In this document: positions 38,215 through 47,469 of the stretch, one piece after another | Layout of the letters: each line of letters starts with the position of its first letter | Numbering within the stretch: the first letter of the stretch is position 1 | DNA from: a virus | Lineage: Duplodnaviria; Caudoviricetes | Virus record (IMG/VR): IMGVR_UViG_3300032240_002260 | Coordinates: 1-54,824 of that record | Reading direction: 5' to 3' (one strand) | DNA length: 54,824 nucleotides | Notes under the pieces: generated by a model | Seen by the model: the letters and a program-made list of their open reading frames with translations, nothing else | What the model was told of the DNA's origin: nothing | The model's database searches: none | Program-made: the position numbers and the translations under genes

Positions 38215-38393
38215 ATAACTAATTGATAATCAATCAGTTAGGATTTCATTAAATTTTATTCAATCTGGGATAGGAATCTTTGAAGATTCTTCAATAAATC
38301 CTAGACTTTACTAAACAAAACAAAAAGTTTTAAAAAAGTCTGCAGAAAAGTGCTCTGTATTAAAAATGTGTTGTATATTTACAATGTAACAAA
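38215..38393 (+). repeat. ~180-bp direct repeat copy A (palindrome + promoter)
   Basis: Colinear with 42683-42861 (ATAACTAATTGATAATCAATCAGTTAGGATT...CCTAGACTTTACTAAACAAAACAAAAAGTTT...GTGCTCTGTAT...GTATATTTACAATGTAACAAA). Confidence 0.9.
38374..38382 (+). promoter_or_regulatory. Early promoter -7 box variant TATATTTAC
   Basis: Same box at 42842, 51402 and 53248, each just upstream of an ATG. Confidence 0.55.
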
Positions 38394-38405
38394 TCAATCA
38401 ACACT

Positions 38406-38768
38406 ATGACTATTAAGATCTTCGTTTTTAACTCACTTACCCACGAGACAATCATTGATAACACTATCGAAGTTGATAGTGATTTTGACACGGCAATGGC
38501 AAATCATGAAATGTTTAGGAAAATATTTCCTGACTGTCAAGTTAACTTTGTTGCGGACAGTAAGAATTTTATCTTTTCTCCTGCATATAATATGGAACAG
38601 GACGAGCGTGCCTACGACGAGGGTCGTATGACTTGGGACGAGTATGTAAGTAAGTGGTATAATGGTGCAATCGAAAGTGATGATGACATGTCTGACTACG
38701 AGGTTGAGCGTCAGATCGACGAACTTCTAGAGAGCGAGTGGAATGAATACGATTCTATTTGTCAGTAA
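38406..38768 (+). CDS. Acidic early protein (paralogue of 43806)
   Basis: YNMEQD...SKWY shared with 43806; D/E-rich. Confidence 0.7.
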   Translation: MTIKIFVFNSLTHETIIDNTIEVDSDFDTAMANHEMFRKIFPDCQVNFVADSKNFIFSPAYNMEQDERAYDEGRMTWDEYVSKWYNGAIESDDDMSDYEVERQIDELLESEWNEYDSICQ

Positions 38769-38792
38769 TTAATTAATCTTAAAATAAAAGTT

Positions 38793-38990
38793 ATGCCTAC
38801 ACAGTACACAAAATCAGAACTTAGAAATTTAGAGACAATAGAACAGGCTTGGGACGGAGACGAACTTAAGATCGACGACGGAGACCATAGAGTGTGGCTC
38901 ACACACCCAGAAAATAGGAAGTACAGCGGAGACTATACAATAGAAGTCTTGATCAATGGCAGATGGGAAGCATCATATCATTCATTCTAA
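38793..38990 (+). CDS. Hypothetical early protein
   Basis: AAAATAAAAGTTATG start. Confidence 0.7.
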   Translation: MPTQYTKSELRNLETIEQAWDGDELKIDDGDHRVWLTHPENRKYSGDYTIEVLINGRWEASYHSF

Positions 38991-39001
38991 AAATAAAAGT
39001 T

Positions 39002-39193
39002 ATGCAATTCAAAAAGTACAAACAAAATTTGAGAATAGTAGACGTGGACGGATCCTCTTATGTACAATCATATAGTACTCTAGTAGCTAAAATAGAAGGT
39101 TCTAAAATGATACAGTTAGGATGGTGGTCAGTTACTACTCAGAAGCATATCAATTACGCAGCTAAGGAAATGAATCTTGAATTGGTAAAATAA
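39002..39193 (+). CDS. Hypothetical early protein (SY.T.VA...WSVTTQKHIN)
   Basis: Start set by the AAAATAAAAGTTATG motif. Confidence 0.7.
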   Translation: MQFKKYKQNLRIVDVDGSSYVQSYSTLVAKIEGSKMIQLGWWSVTTQKHINYAAKEMNLELVK

Positions 39194-39207
39194 AAAAAAT
39201 AAAAGTT

Positions 39208-39570
39208 ATGACTCAACAAGAAATTAAAACATTAGCGACAGAAATTATCGGTGACGGACAACTTCCAAACAAATTCTTTGTTACCGCAGGACCGTGGGTA
39301 ACAGTTACAGATGAATTTGGAGACGTACAATTTGAATTACTTGATGGATTCGATGAAGACTATACTGAAACTAAAGTATTTGACACTTATGAAGATGCCA
39401 ACAAATATTTCGAATCAGTAGAGTTGGACATTTATGACGGAGTTGCACAAATTCTATTAGAAGACAGATTGACAGGAGTTATAAAAGAATCTAGTCTAGA
39501 AAAAATTATTAAGATAGACTACACAATGTCTACTCACAGTTCAGCAAAAATGTTTGGCTACGAAAAATAA
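39208..39570 (+). CDS. Acidic hypothetical early protein
   Basis: AAAATAAAAGTTATG start. Confidence 0.7.
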   Translation: MTQQEIKTLATEIIGDGQLPNKFFVTAGPWVTVTDEFGDVQFELLDGFDEDYTETKVFDTYEDANKYFESVELDIYDGVAQILLEDRLTGVIKESSLEKIIKIDYTMSTHSSAKMFGYEK

Positions 39571-39580
39571 AATAAAAGTT

Positions 39581-40054
39581 ATGGAAAAAGTAATATCAAT
39601 TTCAGACATAGTAAAATCTCAAGGATCTCATTCACTTAAACAAGGTGAATATAATGATTGTGTTGTTCTTTCTCTTGCGGCTTCATTAGGAGTATCTTAT
39701 GACGAGGCAAATCGGTTAGCTAAGACTCAACTTAATAGAGAGCCTAGAAAAGGAGTTAGACTTGGAACATTAGTTCAGTGGTTTGATTCTAATAATGAAA
39801 TTGTAGTTAACGATATAGTCTCAAAGTCAGTAGAAAAAGTAAACACTAAAAGTGCCTATCTATATAAAAGATCAGGTAAAGTAAACTACTGTCAAATGAA
39901 TCTTAATACATTCATCAAGACATATCCTAAAGGATGCTACTATATGATTGTGTCTAATCATGCACTTGTTATTAAAGATGGTAACATAATAGATCACGCA
40001 CATAATGTAGTTAGAAAAAATCGTATTGTTAAATTTGCTTGGAAAATAAAATAA
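39581..40054 (+). CDS. Hypothetical protein with DCVV...HA..IKDG motif (papain/C39-like?)
   Basis: Start set by motif; Cys-His-Asp spacing is suggestive only. Confidence 0.6.
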   Translation: MEKVISISDIVKSQGSHSLKQGEYNDCVVLSLAASLGVSYDEANRLAKTQLNREPRKGVRLGTLVQWFDSNNEIVVNDIVSKSVEKVNTKSAYLYKRSGKVNYCQMNLNTFIKTYPKGCYYMIVSNHALVIKDGNIIDHAHNVVRKNRIVKFAWKIK

Positions 40055-40059
40055 AAGTT

Positions 40060-40467
40060 ATGAAAAAAGTTACAGTAAAAAAACAGCTCGTAGATTTTAT
40101 GATCACAAACGGTAATGATTTTACTTACACAGATGTGATTAAAGCAACACTCAGAATTTGTAAAGGAGACGATCATAAGTATGACTGGAGAGTTGACCGT
40201 GGATTCTATGCAACTAACTTCTCAGTACGTGGTTATATGGTGAATGGTGGTGGAACCTGTGGAGTATACAAAAAACCAAATGGTAAGTGGTCTGCAAAGT
40301 ATTACACTCCAGAAGAAATTTTTGAATATAAGATTAAAAGAATTATATTTACCTTGGTTAGATCAACTAAGAGAATATATAACGAGTACGAATATATTTC
40401 AACAGATCTTATTAACGATCTTAAAGAGTCTTCTATTAAATCTATTGTTAAACTGTATAAAAAATAA
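40060..40467 (+). CDS. Hypothetical early protein
   Basis: Start set by the AAAATAAAAGTTATG motif. Confidence 0.7.
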   Translation: MKKVTVKKQLVDFMITNGNDFTYTDVIKATLRICKGDDHKYDWRVDRGFYATNFSVRGYMVNGGGTCGVYKKPNGKWSAKYYTPEEIFEYKIKRIIFTLVRSTKRIYNEYEYISTDLINDLKESSIKSIVKLYKK

Positions 40468-40472
40468 GTGTT

Positions 40473-40700
40473 ATGAATCAACAAAAGTTAAACATTCAGA
40501 AATCTATTATTCCAAGTGCACGTCCAAAATATAACGAATGGACAGAAACTTTTAATTTTGGAGCAGCTTATGATAGAGCTACAGATAAAAATAAGTTTGT
40601 TAATCACGATCTAAATAAGGACTATGACTTTTCAAAACTATTTAATCCTGCTTCTCAATCTTTTTTATCCAAGATAATTAATTTTCTTAAATTAGCCTAA
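40473..40700 (+). CDS. Hypothetical protein
   Basis: 75 aa ORF in cassette. Confidence 0.6.
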   Translation: MNQQKLNIQKSIIPSARPKYNEWTETFNFGAAYDRATDKNKFVNHDLNKDYDFSKLFNPASQSFLSKIINFLKLA

Positions 40701-40702
40701 CT

Positions 40703-41032
40703 ATGATAAAGTGGTTCATACATAGCTTTGAAGCGCCATTAGTACTTAAAGATGAGTCTGGAACTTATACTAATGTTGACGGTAGAAGACTAGATCTTCC
40801 AAGTGGAGTAACAAACGGTAACTTTGTGTGGTTTAGAAAACCTTATAAAGGAGGAAAAAATCCTGCGTTTCATGTGGAATTAGATTGGGAGGTTGAGGGA
40901 TCCGGTGGTAAGAAATACAAAGTAAGTATGAACCACAAAGAGTGGACTTGTAATTGTCATGCGTTTAAATTCTCTGGATTAAAAAGATCATGTAAACACA
41001 CCGAACAAGTTAAAGCTTCATATTTATCATAG
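40703..41032 (+). CDS. SWIM zinc-finger protein
   Basis: Y.V...WTCNC..F......CKH. Confidence 0.8.
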   Translation: MIKWFIHSFEAPLVLKDESGTYTNVDGRRLDLPSGVTNGNFVWFRKPYKGGKNPAFHVELDWEVEGSGGKKYKVSMNHKEWTCNCHAFKFSGLKRSCKHTEQVKASYLS

Positions 41033-41059
41033 GACTAACCGTTACTAAAAAGGTTTACT

Positions 41060-41653
41060 ATGAATAAAAAGGCTACAGAGTTTATTAAGTATGTCAAGTC
41101 AGAATGTAAAAAGTATGGAGTAGTCTGTGATCTAAGAAATACCAAGTACGTTAAATTGTCCGGTAATATTAAATGCTCAGGTTATTTTGACGAAGAGGTT
41201 CCTAAGTTGGTATGTTCTATGAACCGTCCAGATGCATTAGAGATCCTCGCACACGAGTTCTGTCATGTTACCCAATGGATAGATAAGATAGATCTTTGGG
41301 ATGAATCAGGATCCTCTATATCGCTTGTGGATGAATGGTTAGGAGGAAAGGAAGTCGCTAATATCAAGAAACATCTTTCAGTCTGTAGAGATCTAGAGTT
41401 AGATAATGAGAAGAGGGTTATTAAATTGATCAAGAAGTTTGATCTGGACATAGATGCGGATAGATATATAAAGAAAGCTAATGCGTACGTATTCTTTTAT
41501 AACCACATGGCAAATACAAGAAGATGGTGTACTCCAAAGAATAGTCCGTACAGTAACCCAAGGATAATTGAAAAAATGCCAGGCTATTTTATGAAAGACT
41601 ATAGCGTTACTCCAAAGAAGGTTCATAAAGTATTTGTTGAAGAAAATCTATAA
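41060..41653 (+). CDS. HExxH metallopeptidase-like protein
   Basis: ILAHEFCH and downstream ELDNE. Confidence 0.6.
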   Translation: MNKKATEFIKYVKSECKKYGVVCDLRNTKYVKLSGNIKCSGYFDEEVPKLVCSMNRPDALEILAHEFCHVTQWIDKIDLWDESGSSISLVDEWLGGKEVANIKKHLSVCRDLELDNEKRVIKLIKKFDLDIDADRYIKKANAYVFFYNHMANTRRWCTPKNSPYSNPRIIEKMPGYFMKDYSVTPKKVHKVFVEENL

Positions 41654-41654
41654 C

Positions 41655-42035
41655 ATGGAACAGAGTAAGATAAAAGTAACAAAGAGGCACGCTAATAAGA
41701 TATTTGAATGGTGTGTTAAAACCTATGGTAAATCTAAGTACAATAAGATTGTTCCTGAGATCGAGTATCGTAAAGGAGATCATACTACAGAAGAATGTTC
41801 TGCATTCTATGATGAAATAGAAGGGATTATTTTTATAGACAAAGATCAGAATGACACATTAGAGGAGTTGGCAAATACAATTATCCATGAGTACACTCAC
41901 TACAAACAAAATATGAAACACTATCAGATACTCAGTTTGTATTTGACTGAAGATAAAAATCCTATGGAATTAGAAGCAGAGCAGATTGCAGAAAAAGATA
42001 CAAAAAAATGTTTATCTGAAGTGTTTAATATGTAG
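41655..42035 (+). CDS. HExxH metallopeptidase-like protein
   Basis: TIIHEYTHYKQ...PMELEAE; ATG 41655. Confidence 0.65.
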   Translation: MEQSKIKVTKRHANKIFEWCVKTYGKSKYNKIVPEIEYRKGDHTTEECSAFYDEIEGIIFIDKDQNDTLEELANTIIHEYTHYKQNMKHYQILSLYLTEDKNPMELEAEQIAEKDTKKCLSEVFNM

Positions 42036-42084
42036 TTCTTTCAAGTAACTAAATATTTATTGTTATATTAAAATTGTACTCTAG

Positions 42085-42375
42085 ATGGAACTACTTCAGA
42101 CTGTAAATACTCTTGACATACAAGATTATACTTTACAATATGGGGTTTTGGGAATTTTGGCTTTTGTTCTTGGATATTTTGCTTATATTCAATATAAAAG
42201 ACTCGTTAAAAAAAATGACGATTTAGAACAAAAAGTAGATAGACTACAAGAAGAAATGATGTCAATCTTAATTGAAGAAAGAGACAGACTAGCAGAATTA
42301 ATTAAAGAAAATAGTAACGCATTAAAAGAATTGCAGCAAACAATATTAAAGTACATGATTAAAAAAAGCGATTGA
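42085..42375 (+). CDS. Single-TM coiled-coil protein (BhlA/UviB holin-like)
   Basis: QYGVLGILAFVLGYF TM then coiled coil. Confidence 0.55.
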   Translation: MELLQTVNTLDIQDYTLQYGVLGILAFVLGYFAYIQYKRLVKKNDDLEQKVDRLQEEMMSILIEERDRLAELIKENSNALKELQQTILKYMIKKSD

Positions 42376-42686
42376 TGAATTTAAGTAGATTCTCTTTAGG
42401 AAAAATGGGAGATGCATTAATAAAAGCTGCTGAAGCTAAAGCCCATTTTGATGACAGAGAAAAACTTAAAACATCGGATCAACAGAAGATCGAGACTTTA
42501 AAGAATATACTCACAGAAGAATATAAATTCCTTAGTAAGAATAAAAACAAACATCAACAATACGCTATAAGATTTGATGTAGTAGAAAAACATGTTGAGT
42601 ATATAAAGAAACTACAAAGTAAGAAGATACTAGAAAATTCAGACAGGGAGATTATAGAAAAGCTCCTAAATAAGTACTCTAAATAA
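42372..42686 (+). CDS. Hypothetical protein
   Basis: ~104 aa ORF coupled to upstream gene. Confidence 0.6.
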   Translation: MMNLSRFSLGKMGDALIKAAEAKAHFDDREKLKTSDQQKIETLKNILTEEYKFLSKNKNKHQQYAIRFDVVEKHVEYIKKLQSKKILENSDREIIEKLLNKYSK

Positions 42687-42861
42687 CTAATTGATAATCA
42701 ATCAGTTAGGATTCCATTAAAAATTCTTCAATCCAGGATCAGAATCGTTAAATATTCTTCAATAAAACCTAGACTTTACTAAACAAAACAAAAAGTTTCA
42801 AAAAAATATAGAAAAAAGTGCTCTGTATCAACAATTGTTAGTATATTTACAATGTAACAAA
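42683..42861 (+). repeat. ~180-bp direct repeat copy B (palindrome + promoter)
   Basis: Colinear with 38215-38393. Confidence 0.9.
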
Positions 42862-42873
42862 ACAATAAAGTTT

Positions 42874-43764
42874 ATGAATAATCAAATCATCTTGTCCGCT
42901 CTTAACGCCCAATTGGATATCAAAAAGGCCGAATTAAATTCTATCGAATCTACAGTATGTCAACCCGCTAGACAGTCACTCACTAGTGAAGTTCTCACGT
43001 ATCTTAAAGATAGTGTGTCTCCTTTGATCAATAAAATTTCAGCCAATGATGATCGTTTAGAAATATTCAAAGCTGCAAGTCCAAACTCAGGTTGGGGCGG
43101 TATGACTGTTTCTATACTAAGTAATTGGAGATCAGAAGATAAAAAATTATTTGCTAGAATGAATTGGTATGGTTCAAGTGCAACAGTAGAAGATCAAAAT
43201 ACTCTGATCGATGTAGAGATTTTTGGCGCAGTTGCTTCTAAACTTCACTTAATTGAACATGAGTTTATAAATAATTGGAGACCTAAGTTTATCGAGATTG
43301 ACAAAGCGCCTGATGCTATAGAGAATGAGATAATGAATATCGAACATAGCATACGCGCTACAGAGTCTCAGATCAAACAAGAAGGCATCGCTAGCTATAA
43401 GAAAGCCGGATTCGCTTGTACTATCAGTAAAGGTCTAGAAATTTCCAGAAATTGGGATGACGATAATGACACTAAATACTACTTGAAAGACTGCGATTAT
43501 CGTATTCAATTGAGGATTGGTAGATCTAAGTGGGACTATTTGTATCCAATTTCATTTAAAGTACTGAAGACTAATAACTACAAAACCACTGTAGAAGTTA
43601 ATCTTAATGATGATAGGGTTAGAGAGTATACAGTTACAGCCAAGTCATTTAATGACTTCATCGAACAAGTATATAGTTGGGAGACTAAGGGATGTCAAGA
43701 GTCTAGAACTAAGTCAACAGAAAGATTCAATAATCATTACGCTAAACAAGAGACTACTGCATAG
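42874..43764 (+). CDS. Hypothetical early protein
   Basis: ATG 42874 downstream of the repeat promoter; 296 aa. Confidence 0.75.
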   Translation: MNNQIILSALNAQLDIKKAELNSIESTVCQPARQSLTSEVLTYLKDSVSPLINKISANDDRLEIFKAASPNSGWGGMTVSILSNWRSEDKKLFARMNWYGSSATVEDQNTLIDVEIFGAVASKLHLIEHEFINNWRPKFIEIDKAPDAIENEIMNIEHSIRATESQIKQEGIASYKKAGFACTISKGLEISRNWDDDNDTKYYLKDCDYRIQLRIGRSKWDYLYPISFKVLKTNNYKTTVEVNLNDDRVREYTVTAKSFNDFIEQVYSWETKGCQESRTKSTERFNNHYAKQETTA

Positions 43765-43805
43765 TAGTTCTCTTTTCTATAATTAATTAATCTAAAATAA
43801 AAGTT

Positions 43806-44135
43806 ATGATAAAGTGTAATTTAACAATCAAAGATTGGTTCACTGCAAAGGTGACAAAGAAAGTTATTATGCCAAAGGATCCAGAGGTTGCGGCTCGTAT
43901 TCATTCAAAGAATAACCCAAATGCATCTGTAATAGTAGAATGGGCTAATCCTAGATCTATGAGACTCGCACTACTTCCATACAATATGGAGTTGGATCAA
44001 GAGTTAGTGGATGAACAAGAGATGGATGTAGACTACTTTACATCTAAATGGTATGGTAAAGTAAGTAAAGCCAAGATGCAGAAATTGCAAGAGGAAATAG
44101 AATCAGAATTTGTAACCTCAGAAATTGAAAACTAA
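43806..44135 (+). CDS. Early protein, paralogue of 38406
   Basis: PYNMELD...SKWY; AAAATAAAAGTTATG start. Confidence 0.7.
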   Translation: MIKCNLTIKDWFTAKVTKKVIMPKDPEVAARIHSKNNPNASVIVEWANPRSMRLALLPYNMELDQELVDEQEMDVDYFTSKWYGKVSKAKMQKLQEEIESEFVTSEIEN

Positions 44136-44136
44136 T

Positions 44137-44343
44137 ATGGAAAAGAAGTTTTGTAAAGTGTGTCAGAAAGAAATTCATCCTAAACGTGTAGCTCTTGGGT
44201 ATTCAACAACATGCGTAGATCATTCAACATCAGAAAGATATACGGGAATTGTAGCCGCAGGATCTAAGAATGACTTTGAAGTTCATGTTATTAAAGATCC
44301 TGAAATGGGTAAGAGACTTGTACAAATGAGTAATATTTATTAA
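44137..44343 (+). CDS. DksA/TraR-type zinc-finger protein
   Basis: CKVC..EIH.KR.ALG..TTCVDH. Confidence 0.6.
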   Translation: MEKKFCKVCQKEIHPKRVALGYSTTCVDHSTSERYTGIVAAGSKNDFEVHVIKDPEMGKRLVQMSNIY

Positions 44344-44353
44344 AAAGTAAAGT

Positions 44354-44635
44354 ATGAACTACATAGATCCAGTAAAATATACAAAGAGTCTTAAAAAATT
44401 AAATGAGAACGAAGATACTTTTGAGATGAGTAAATCTCAAATGGAAGAACCTCTTACTATGAGAGAAAGAATATCTGAAATGTCTCCTGATAATAAAAAG
44501 AAGTTGAAAGAATACATTAATGCAGTTAAAGAAATAAAAAAGTCTATTGAGGAATTGATCAATGGTAAAGATTCAATGGAAGAAGGTGGAAACGTGTCAA
44601 AAGATCTTTATCTATACACTACAGAAGAAGAATAA
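44354..44635 (+). CDS. Hypothetical protein
   Basis: 93 aa ORF after ATATTTAT. Confidence 0.65.
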   Translation: MNYIDPVKYTKSLKKLNENEDTFEMSKSQMEEPLTMRERISEMSPDNKKKLKEYINAVKEIKKSIEELINGKDSMEEGGNVSKDLYLYTTEEE

Positions 44636-44650
44636 TAAAAAACAAAGGTT

Positions 44651-44992
44651 ATGGTGAATCTATTTTATGGTATCTTCTATGGTATCATAGGACAAGTGTT
44701 GTCCTTTATACAACTTCAAGTTGGAATTAAATATGGATGGACTGAACGATTTGGTTGGGCTCTAATGTTATTAGGCCTACCAATTAGTTGGTCATTCATG
44801 AAAAGTGTTCACTACATTATCTTATCATTTGATGGTCAAGGATGGCCAGCAAGACTCCTAGGATTTGGCATAGGAGTAATTATCTTTAGTATCTTAAGTT
44901 GGTTTATATTCAAAGAAGCTATAACCTATAAGACATTTGTTTGTCTTATGCTATCATTAGCCATAATATTAGTACAAATATTCTGGAAATAA
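44651..44992 (+). CDS. Four-TM small membrane protein (SMR/EamA-like)
   Basis: Four hydrophobic helices; F.E..T.K motif before TM4. Confidence 0.6.
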   Translation: MVNLFYGIFYGIIGQVLSFIQLQVGIKYGWTERFGWALMLLGLPISWSFMKSVHYIILSFDGQGWPARLLGFGIGVIIFSILSWFIFKEAITYKTFVCLMLSLAIILVQIFWK

Positions 44993-45049
44993 TTTATGAA
45001 CTAGAGAGATAGTTTTTTCATTTAAATTTATTTATTTTAATTTTACCTT

Positions 45050-45211
45050 ATGACAATATTATTTGGTATCATCTTATCATTGGTATGGATTTGGATCTAT
45101 TTAGAAGTAGAAAACCATCCGCTATCAGATGATCAAGGAAACTTCCACTACAAAGAATACTTTACAATTTTTGGAATTAAGTTATTTAAAAACAAACGCA
45201 AAAACAAATAG
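45050..45211 (+). CDS. Small membrane protein (53 aa)
   Basis: ATG..TAG read manually. Confidence 0.4.
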   Translation: MTILFGIILSLVWIWIYLEVENHPLSDDQGNFHYKEYFTIFGIKLFKNKRKNK

Positions 45212-45213
45212 TT

Positions 45214-45471
45214 ATGCCTAGATTTTATGCAGAAGATATGGACATCGATGTAGATGAATTTCTAGAAAGCTGTTCATCTAGTGAAATTGATGAGGTCATA
45301 GATTATCTAATAGATATGGGACACATCAAACCATCTCAAAGAGAGGATTACGAAGTATTAAGTCTCCCAGAAAGAGAATTCGAAGACACTCTAAATAAAC
45401 TTCATGGTAAGTATCGATCTCTAACAAAAGCAGAAGAAGAGATCATAGCTGCAATTGCAAAAAGGTTTTAG
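45214..45471 (+). CDS. Acidic hypothetical protein
   Basis: D/E-rich N-terminal half. Confidence 0.65.
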   Translation: MPRFYAEDMDIDVDEFLESCSSSEIDEVIDYLIDMGHIKPSQREDYEVLSLPEREFEDTLNKLHGKYRSLTKAEEEIIAAIAKRF

Positions 45472-45472
45472 T

Positions 45473-45919
45473 ATGAAAAAATTATTATTTTTTATTTTAT
45501 TGGCCATAAGTATATCAACTAATGGTCAAGTACCAACTCACAAAGAAGTTTATACTGAGATTGTAAAAGTAGGTATTCTATATCCGGAAATAGCTTACGC
45601 TCAATCTGTATTAGAATCTGGAGCATTTAGATCTAAGCTTGCAAAGTTCAATAAGAATCTATTTGGTATGCGTATGCCAAAGTATAGAGAGACTTTAGCA
45701 ACAGGAAAGAAAAGAGGATACGCTACATATAAAAGTTGGCAGGCCAGTATAAAAGACTATAAACTATGGCAGGACTATTTGTTTAGAAAAGGAATAATGA
45801 CTGCTAGACAATTTAAGAACTATTTGAACCTAAGGTATTCAGAGACTGATAAGTACGTTGCTAAACTGAATCTTATAATCAAAGTTAATAAGATTAAATA
45901 TGAAGAAGCACAATTTTAA
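45473..45919 (+). CDS. Glucosaminidase-domain (GH73-like) peptidoglycan hydrolase with signal peptide
   Basis: AQSVLESG, NLFGM, YATY.SW..SI.DY, YSE...Y. Confidence 0.8.
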   Translation: MKKLLFFILLAISISTNGQVPTHKEVYTEIVKVGILYPEIAYAQSVLESGAFRSKLAKFNKNLFGMRMPKYRETLATGKKRGYATYKSWQASIKDYKLWQDYLFRKGIMTARQFKNYLNLRYSETDKYVAKLNLIIKVNKIKYEEAQF

Positions 45920-45972
45920 AATAGGATTGACTGTACTATTATTTTATTTTATTATATTTTTAATTACATTTT

Positions 45973-46137
45973 ATGCCTGGAGTTGTTGATCTAACAGATC
46001 GTATTGAAGAAATGCTTTTAGAAGTTCATGATAAAAGAAAGAAAAAAGAATATCAAGAATGGAAAAAGATCATTAATAAGTTAATTGAACAAGTGAATAA
46101 AGAGTCTAAAATAAAAATGTATAATTCAATAAAATAA
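45973..46137 (+). CDS. Small hypothetical protein (54 aa)
   Basis: ATG..TAA read manually. Confidence 0.45.
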   Translation: MPGVVDLTDRIEEMLLEVHDKRKKKEYQEWKKIINKLIEQVNKESKIKMYNSIK

Positions 46138-46138
46138 T

Positions 46139-46336
46139 ATGATGTTAGAATTTGAACATCCTATACCAGTTGTAGTAGAAGGAGGCAAAGAGGGTTATGC
46201 AATATACGTATCAAATTCTGGTACTTTTGAAAATGATATTTGGTGTATAGTATTATGTGATGGAGGAATTGTTAGACACTATAGAACAGATCAAATAATT
46301 ATACATCAGAATGCTACTTTAGATCTTAAAAAGTAA
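46139..46336 (+). CDS. Hypothetical protein
   Basis: 65 aa ORF. Confidence 0.65.
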   Translation: MMLEFEHPIPVVVEGGKEGYAIYVSNSGTFENDIWCIVLCDGGIVRHYRTDQIIIHQNATLDLKK

Positions 46337-46337
46337 A

Positions 46338-46550
46338 ATGGAAAAGATAGTAAATACATATAATGTAGAATTAAAAATAGGCGACAAAATAATAATAACA
46401 AAAGATAAATTAGGTAATAAGATATTAGCAAACGTAGAAAAAGACGAAGTGTTAATTATAACAGGATTTTCTGATGATGGAAAAATAATGTATCATAATA
46501 TATCTTTAGCTTTGCCTGTAAATAGTAACATATACAAAAAAATAGAATAA
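46338..46550 (+). CDS. Hypothetical protein
   Basis: 70 aa ORF. Confidence 0.6.
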   Translation: MEKIVNTYNVELKIGDKIIITKDKLGNKILANVEKDEVLIITGFSDDGKIMYHNISLALPVNSNIYKKIE

Positions 46551-46566
46551 AAATAAATAATAAATC

Positions 46567-46716
46567 ATGGTAGCATCAATCATTTTTTTAGTATTATTAG
46601 GAACACTAATAGGTAAGTTGGTATATGATCATCAACTTTCAAAAGAATTAAATAAAATAGAAGAATATAGTTCTATCTATGAAATAGATGAAGATCTTGA
46701 TCAAAATATTTATTAG
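46567..46716 (+). CDS. Small membrane protein (49 aa)
   Basis: ATG..TAG read manually; N-terminal TM. Confidence 0.4.
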   Translation: MVASIIFLVLLGTLIGKLVYDHQLSKELNKIEEYSSIYEIDEDLDQNIY

Positions 46717-46719
46717 TAT

Positions 46720-47199
46720 ATGAAAAAGACTATACTATTTGTTTACTTAGTTTCATTAGCAGGAATATCTTCTTGCCAAACTGTAGACAATCAATTTCAA
46801 GGAGACAATAAAATAAACTTTGTAAGTTACAATAAACTTCCTATTGTAGAAGGTAAAATAAATAATAGAAAAGCGTACTTTATCCTAGATTCAGGAGCAA
46901 GTATTTCTGTACTAGATGAAACTCAATCTCGTAAATTTAATTTTGATGTTGAGGAATCATCAAGTGAAGCTGCAGGTTATGGAGGTATTGCACAATTTTC
47001 AAGTGTATACAATGCAGATCTAGAATTAGGAGGTCTACCTATGACTACTAATTTTAAAGGTCAAGATCTAACAGCTATTATAGCAACAATGGAAGCATCA
47101 GAAGGTATTACTATATCAGGTATAATTGGAAATGATATAATGAAGCCAAACAAGTTTATTATTAACTTTGCTGATGAAACAATTTCAATAGGGAAATAA
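46720..47199 (+). CDS. Retropepsin-like aspartyl protease, lipoprotein-like signal
   Basis: FILDSGAS catalytic motif, GIIGND; ISSC. Confidence 0.8.
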   Translation: MKKTILFVYLVSLAGISSCQTVDNQFQGDNKINFVSYNKLPIVEGKINNRKAYFILDSGASISVLDETQSRKFNFDVEESSSEAAGYGGIAQFSSVYNADLELGGLPMTTNFKGQDLTAIIATMEASEGITISGIIGNDIMKPNKFIINFADETISIGK

Positions 47200-47202
47200 G
47201 TT

Positions 47203-47469
47203 ATGATAAACATATTAGGTTATATTGGAGGAATCCTTTTAGGGCTATGCGGTCTTCCAGAAACATGGAGAACTATTAAAGATAAGCGTTGTCATATTGG
47301 TTGGGGATTCTTATTAATGTGGTATTTTGGTGAGATCTTTATGCTTATCTATACTTTAAAATTAAATGACATTGCCTTAATAGGTAACTATGGATTTAAT
47401 ATTTTACTTATATCAATAATGCTTTACTTTAAAATAAGAACGATCAAATGGAAAACCAAACTCCGGTAG
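47203..47469 (+). CDS. PQ-loop/SemiSWEET-like three-TM protein
   Basis: LCGLPETWRT loop, three TM helices, NY..N. Confidence 0.6.
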   Translation: MINILGYIGGILLGLCGLPETWRTIKDKRCHIGWGFLLMWYFGEIFMLIYTLKLNDIALIGNYGFNILLISIMLYFKIRTIKWKTKLR

